Below are positions 59,376 to 64,000 of a stretch of DNA of 64,000 nucleotides, piece by piece. The stretch spans positions 672,001-736,000 of the forward strand of contig CBDBHR010000030.1 in assembly GCA_965205865.1 (NCBI GenBank), given 5' to 3'. This DNA is from a bacterium. GTDB lineage: Bacteria; SAR324; NAC60-12. A program made the position numbers and the translations under genes. Each line of letters opens with the position of its first letter. The first letter of the stretch is position 1. The notes under the pieces were generated by a model. That model was not told the origin of the DNA. It saw nothing but the letters and a program-made list of their open reading frames with translations, and did no database searches.

Positions 59376-60374
59376 ATGCAATCCATCGGATTGGGAATTG
59401 ATACTACTTTTGACGACACGTCCATTGCCATTCTGAAAGGAAAGTCGCAGATTTTGGCCAATGTCACACTATCCCAATACAAAGATCACGAAGAATTTGG
59501 AGGTGTCGTTCCTGAACGCGCCTCTCGTAAACATATGGAAGTGATCAATCCTTTGATTGGAGAAGCTTTGAAGCAAGCGGGTTTAAGGTTTGATGATTTG
59601 CATTATATTGCCGTTTCCAATCATCCTGGATTGCTAGGTTCCCTCCTGGTTGGCGTGACTGTTGCGAAAACGTTGTCCTATGCACTTGATCTTCCTCTGA
59701 TCGGAGTCAATCATGTGGAGGCGCATCCTTATGCCAATTTTTTATGCTATGACAAGATTTTCTTTCCAATTATCCATTTGGTAGTGGCCGGTGGGCATAC
59801 CTTGCTCTTTCATGCCCGCAATCATTTCGACTACGATATCGTCGGTCGCAGCGTGGACGATGCCGCAGGAGAATGCGTGGATAAAGTGGCAAAGATGTTT
59901 GGACATCCGATGCCGGGAGGTCCTGTCGTGGATCAGTGCGCCCTCCGGTCGTCCCCGGATCGATACTTTTTCCCTCGACCCGTGTTGAGCCAGGATCACA
60001 CCAATTTTTCTTTCAGCGGACTGAAAACTGCTATGTTGCGTTTTCGGGAAGCTCACCCTGAAGCCCTAAAGGATGAAAGTGGGGTGCTTTCCAGTTTTTT
60101 TCAAAGTATCGTTGAGGTCTTGTTGTTCAAGACTTTCAAAGCCGTGCAAGAATTTCAGGTCCACAGGCTTTCAGTATCCGGAGGACTGGCAGCCAGCAAG
60201 AAACTAAGGCATTGTTTTGAAGAGCAATGTCGGGAAAAAGGCATTGAACTGTTTTACCCGCCTCCTCAATTGTGTACGGACAATGCAGCAATGGTCACCT
60301 GCCTGGCCGCCTACAAATTCGAAGCAGGATTAATCGATGACTTGAGTCTTGGAGTTTTCGCCAATTTGAACTGA
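59376..60374 (+). CDS. tsaD: tRNA N6-adenosine threonylcarbamoyltransferase
   Basis: GIDTTFDDT, FGGVVPERASRKH, PGLLGSL, NHVEAH, DDAAGE..DK, FSFSGLKTA, CTDNAAM. Confidence 0.95.
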   Translation: MQSIGLGIDTTFDDTSIAILKGKSQILANVTLSQYKDHEEFGGVVPERASRKHMEVINPLIGEALKQAGLRFDDLHYIAVSNHPGLLGSLLVGVTVAKTLSYALDLPLIGVNHVEAHPYANFLCYDKIFFPIIHLVVAGGHTLLFHARNHFDYDIVGRSVDDAAGECVDKVAKMFGHPMPGGPVVDQCALRSSPDRYFFPRPVLSQDHTNFSFSGLKTAMLRFREAHPEALKDESGVLSSFFQSIVEVLLFKTFKAVQEFQVHRLSVSGGLAASKKLRHCFEEQCREKGIELFYPPPQLCTDNAAMVTCLAAYKFEAGLIDDLSLGVFANLN

Positions 60375-60390
60375 AAACTCATCCTCGAAA

Positions 60391-60417
60391 AAGCCTGTCC
60401 TCGCGGAAGCGGGGATC
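60391..60417 (+). repeat. 27-bp palindromic repeat, identical copy at 62339-62365
   Basis: AAGCCTGTCCTCGCGGAAGCGGGGATC; related to the core of the 16387-16637 element. Confidence 0.85.
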
Positions 60418-60422
60418 CTCCT

Positions 60423-61355
60423 TCAATGAATCACCACTTGAGCCGCTTCTCTTAGTGTTTTCAAATACGTTTGCAAGGCCGTCTGATGTTTTTGGACGAA
60501 GAGTTGGTTATAGTATTGAATTTTCTCTGACTCCTCCGGATTGCTGCAATCGATTTCCTTGTTGTATTTGACATCCTGGAGGTAGATCAGATGGTAACCA
60601 ATCTCGGTCTTCACCAGTCCGCTGAGTTCTTTGAGCTTCAAAGAAAAGGCAGCAGAGTCAATTGTCGGCAGTAGTTCTCCTTTTTGAAAGGAACCAATGA
60701 TTCCTCCCGTTTTCCGGGCATTGGGATCGTCCGAATGGGATCTTGCCAAATCTGCAAAGTCTTCTCCTTCACTCAGAGCTTTTCTGACCAATATTTCCTT
60801 ACGACGCGCTTCTTCTTCAGAGCCTCGAAACAAAATTTGGGCGATTACTATTTTTTTAGTCTGTTCGGTGTTTTCTTGACAGAGTTTTTGTATTTCCTGG
60901 TCTGTCACACGGATTTTCACGTCGATTTCCCGGGCGATCGCCCGTTGCTTGAGAGATTCTTTGGCGACCATTTCTTTTAAGATTTCCGCAGTATAATTCT
61001 TGAGAACTTGCGGATTTTCCTGGGCCAAGCGGTTGATATGTTGCTCGATTTCAGCATTGCTCACTTCAATATTCAATACTTTGGCCCGATCCAATACCAA
61101 CAATTCATTGATCAAATACTCAATGGTTGTTTTTTCCAATTGGAGCAGTTGCTGTTCCCTCTCCGGACCCCCAGGGACGGATTGCATGATTTGGGCGCGA
61201 TTGGTTGCAATGGCTTCCTGGACTTCGTTATTCGTGAGGATCTCGTTGTTCACGATAATCTTGATAAAATCGAGTACTCTGGTCTCTGTCCATGCTTGGC
61301 TCATGCCGAGCATGAAGAAAGAAGCGCAGAGCAGGATTGTCAATTTATTCTTCAT
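60423..61355 (-). CDS. SurA-like chaperone / parvulin PPIase
   Basis: IVNNEILT, GEDFADLARSHSDD..GG.IG, GYHLI. Confidence 0.85.
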   Translation of the reverse strand: MKNKLTILLCASFFMLGMSQAWTETRVLDFIKIIVNNEILTNNEVQEAIATNRAQIMQSVPGGPEREQQLLQLEKTTIEYLINELLVLDRAKVLNIEVSNAEIEQHINRLAQENPQVLKNYTAEILKEMVAKESLKQRAIAREIDVKIRVTDQEIQKLCQENTEQTKKIVIAQILFRGSEEEARRKEILVRKALSEGEDFADLARSHSDDPNARKTGGIIGSFQKGELLPTIDSAAFSLKLKELSGLVKTEIGYHLIYLQDVKYNKEIDCSNPEESEKIQYYNQLFVQKHQTALQTYLKTLREAAQVVIH

Positions 61356-61361
61356 GGAATG

Positions 61362-62189
61362 CTATCTCGCGTAGTCGTGATTGAGGGTAGTGAAACGGGA
61401 CTGCGACCATCGTTCGGCTTTTTTTCGTAGTTGATCAATGGGCAATTTTTCCGGACGTTCGAACGAATGAACAAGCACACGCTTGAACAAACGATCATCC
61501 AGAAAATAATCGGTTTGTCCGGGATATTCCAGTTTTTCGTAAGATGTCATTTTTTCAAAGGCAATGCGGATCAGGTGTTCTTCTTCGCCATTACGAATTT
61601 GGTAATGGATAGCTTTCAAAAAAAAAGTTTGTTTGTCCACCAGTGCAAAGTGATTGCTGCGCAATTCCCCAACCCGATAATGGATATTGTATTCAGGGTC
61701 CCGATAAAAAGAAATTTCATTGCCTTGGATATAGACTTCTCGCAAGGCCCTTTGCCACTCTTCCGGACGTTGAACGATGAATCGAAGATAATGCGGGAGG
61801 ACATCCATTTTCAAAAAATGCCTTTTGGACTGGGTAACAGCATCGACCACAATCCCATTTGATTCATAATAAAAATGCAACAATTCCCCGGCATGATCCC
61901 ATGTTTCCACAACCAGCATACCCTCCTGCCAGTGAATGGTTTGTCGATATCCCAATGCTGTCGAGGAAAGGGGTTGATGAGAGGAATTGTCGGCCTGCGC
62001 AAATGGATCAAAAACCTGCACCGAAGTGGTGAAAATCACCCGGTCCCACTTTCGAGTTTTTTTTTGAATGTATTGCCACAGATCTTCCCAATTGAATTGG
62101 TATGCATTACCGGGTGCTTGCCAACATATGAAAAAAATCAAGCACAAATGGATTTTCATATTCCATAGAAGATTCTTTTGCAATCTCAT
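61362..62189 (-). CDS. Hypothetical exported protein
   Basis: 275-aa ORF with signal-like N-terminus co-oriented with the surA-like gene. Confidence 0.65.
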   Translation of the reverse strand: MRLQKNLLWNMKIHLCLIFFICWQAPGNAYQFNWEDLWQYIQKKTRKWDRVIFTTSVQVFDPFAQADNSSHQPLSSTALGYRQTIHWQEGMLVVETWDHAGELLHFYYESNGIVVDAVTQSKRHFLKMDVLPHYLRFIVQRPEEWQRALREVYIQGNEISFYRDPEYNIHYRVGELRSNHFALVDKQTFFLKAIHYQIRNGEEEHLIRIAFEKMTSYEKLEYPGQTDYFLDDRLFKRVLVHSFERPEKLPIDQLRKKAERWSQSRFTTLNHDYAR

Positions 62190-62522
62190 TTCTCCGTCCG
62201 CTTACTTGCCATTTCGACTTTCTAAAAAATACCATACATGCATCACGATGGCTATGCCATTCACCATGGCGACCAGAATCACCTTGGACATCCTGGGAGG
62301 TTCGTTCCTCTCGTCCTTGCAGAGTTATTGGAAACGATAAGCCTGTCCTCGCGGAAGCGGGGATCGTCCCTTCAAGAATCCTCTTTGTCAAAGAAGGGGA
62401 AAATCAACGAAAATGTTTCGACATTTTCATTCAAACATACGATAGTCAGCATCAGACTTCTCAGTGAAATTCTTTTCCAAATGCGAGTGGTCGTTCTTAC
62501 CTTTAAAAAATATGGAGACGTG

Positions 62523-63686
62523 ATGGGAGAAACACTATTTACCTCAGAAAGTGTAACGGAAGGCCATCCCGATAAAATGTGTGACACTATTTCCGATACG
62601 ATTCTCGATGCCATGTTGTCGAAAGACCCTCGAAGCCGGGTTGCCTGCGAAACCCTGGTGACAACGGGCACGGTGATGATTGCCGGCGAGATTACCAGCA
62701 AGGCTCAAGTAGATTTACAACAAATAGTAAGGGCGGCGATCCACGAGATTGGCTACCGCGATTCGAAAATAGGATTTGACGGCGCAACCTGCGCGGTTTT
62801 GATAGCATTGGACAAGCAATCGCCTGACATTGACCAAGGCGTCAGTGAAAACGAATCAGCCGGCAAGGAACAGGGTGCGGGAGACCAAGGCGTGATGTTT
62901 GGATTTGCCTGTGATGAAACTCCCCAATTAATGCCACTACCGATTGCCCTGGCTCACCAATTGACGGAAGGATTGACGACTCTAAGGAAAAACAGAGCCC
63001 TCCCTTATCTTCGCCCTGATGGAAAATCCCAGGTAACCGTGCGCTATGTGAATGGAAAACCGGTCGAAGTGACAAACGTAGTTATCAGCACTCAGCATGC
63101 GGAGGACATCGATCAAAAAACCATTCGACGAGACATGATTGAAAAGCTCATTAACTCCGTAATCCCTTCTCATTTTTTGACTCCGCGGACAATCTATTAC
63201 ATCAATCCAACCGGCAAATTTGTCATTGGTGGCCCACAAGGGGACGCAGGGTTGACCGGACGAAAAATTATCGTAGACACGTATGGCGGGATGGGACGCC
63301 ATGGTGGAGGCGCTTTCTCCGGGAAAGATCCTTCTAAAGTAGACCGGTCCGCAGCCTATGCGGCCCGCCATGTTGCCAAAAATATTGTCGCTGCAGGATT
63401 GGCAAGTCGTTGTGAAGTCCAATTGGCTTATGCCATTGGAGTATCGGACCCTGTTTCTGTGGCTGTAGATACGTTTGGTACCCATCGAACCTCGGAGGAC
63501 ACAATTTCTCAATTGATTCGAGACAATTTCAACTTGAAGCCCCGCGGGATTATCGAGAGTTTGAACCTGCTGAGACCGATTTATAAAAAGACGGCTGCCT
63601 ATGGCCATTTTGGTCGGGAATTGCCTGAGTTTACCTGGGAACACATAGACAAGGCGCATCAACTGAGACAACAAGCCGGACTTTAA
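62523..63686 (+). CDS. metK: S-adenosylmethionine synthetase
   Basis: [50 protein letters not shown] before ATG 62523. Confidence 0.98.
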   Translation: MGETLFTSESVTEGHPDKMCDTISDTILDAMLSKDPRSRVACETLVTTGTVMIAGEITSKAQVDLQQIVRAAIHEIGYRDSKIGFDGATCAVLIALDKQSPDIDQGVSENESAGKEQGAGDQGVMFGFACDETPQLMPLPIALAHQLTEGLTTLRKNRALPYLRPDGKSQVTVRYVNGKPVEVTNVVISTQHAEDIDQKTIRRDMIEKLINSVIPSHFLTPRTIYYINPTGKFVIGGPQGDAGLTGRKIIVDTYGGMGRHGGGAFSGKDPSKVDRSAAYAARHVAKNIVAAGLASRCEVQLAYAIGVSDPVSVAVDTFGTHRTSEDTISQLIRDNFNLKPRGIIESLNLLRPIYKKTAAYGHFGRELPEFTWEHIDKAHQLRQQAGL

Positions 63687-63760
63687 CTTCAAGTCCCCGA
63701 CGGACTCCTGCAGAGATCCGCGCAAGCCAGTATCTGTTGTCCGGCATGTGAAGCCGCTTG

Positions 63761-64000
63761 ATGATCACTGAAACTATCACAATCGCCAATCGTCTGGGTC
63801 TGCATGCAAGAGCCGCAGCTCTTTTAGTCAAACTCTCCAACACCTTCCAATCTGAAATTCAAATGCGGCATGGAGGCAATTCCGCCAATACGAAAAACAT
63901 CATGGAAGTCTTGATGCTGGCGGCAACCCGGGGAACTATGCTCAATGTTTCTGCGCAAGGAGTGGATGAAAAACAAGCTATGCTTGCAGTATTGGAACTG
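63761..64000 (+). CDS. ptsH: HPr family phosphocarrier protein (runs off window end)
   Basis: Manual translation MITETITIANRLGLHARAAALLVKLSNTFQSEI...ANTKNIMEVLMLAATRGT..VSAQGVDE. Confidence 0.9.
   Translation, partial: MITETITIANRLGLHARAAALLVKLSNTFQSEIQMRHGGNSANTKNIMEVLMLAATRGTMLNVSAQGVDEKQAMLAVLEL

Noticed and set aside
62238-62522. N-terminal extension of MetK or SAM riboswitch
   Set aside because: True start has an RBS at 62523; the upstream region contains a dispersed palindromic repeat and no SAM riboswitch consensus I can recognise
1-64000. tRNA/rRNA genes, integron integrase, reverse transcriptase
   Set aside because: None recognised by eye; a tRNAscan/Infernal/HMM run would be needed to exclude divergent ones

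Overview
Bacterial chromosome segment (gene content and divergence suggest a deltaproteobacterial/SAR324-like lineage; this is inference only). Conserved housekeeping blocks (cmoB, LppC-like, hom, yccA-like, argG, trxB, rnhA, rpoZ, gltD/gltB; cpxAR-like TCS, fabF-acpP-fabG, mraY, frr-pyrH-tsf-rpsB, coaD, tsaD, surA-like, metK, ptsH) alternate with eroded accessory islands (about 1-7 kb and 27-46 kb). The islands carry three paralogous family-5 ABC substrate-binding proteins with permeases but no ATPase, three DUF4143 AAA ATPases, an Rpn-family nuclease with an internal start, IS110/IS1380 relics, toxin-antitoxin scraps and many palindromic miniature elements. The most unusual signals are: (i) a shared promoter plus structured leader upstream of the SBP paralogues, with a 36-bp unit amplified 4x at one locus and stacked in-frame RBS/ATG modules at two loci; (ii) canonical-looking integron attC sites with no integrase in the window, which together with a 96-bp inverted-repeat pair bracket one ABC module; (iii) an argG frameshift that removes the SGG ATP-binding motif. 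No tRNA, rRNA or true CRISPR array was recognised.
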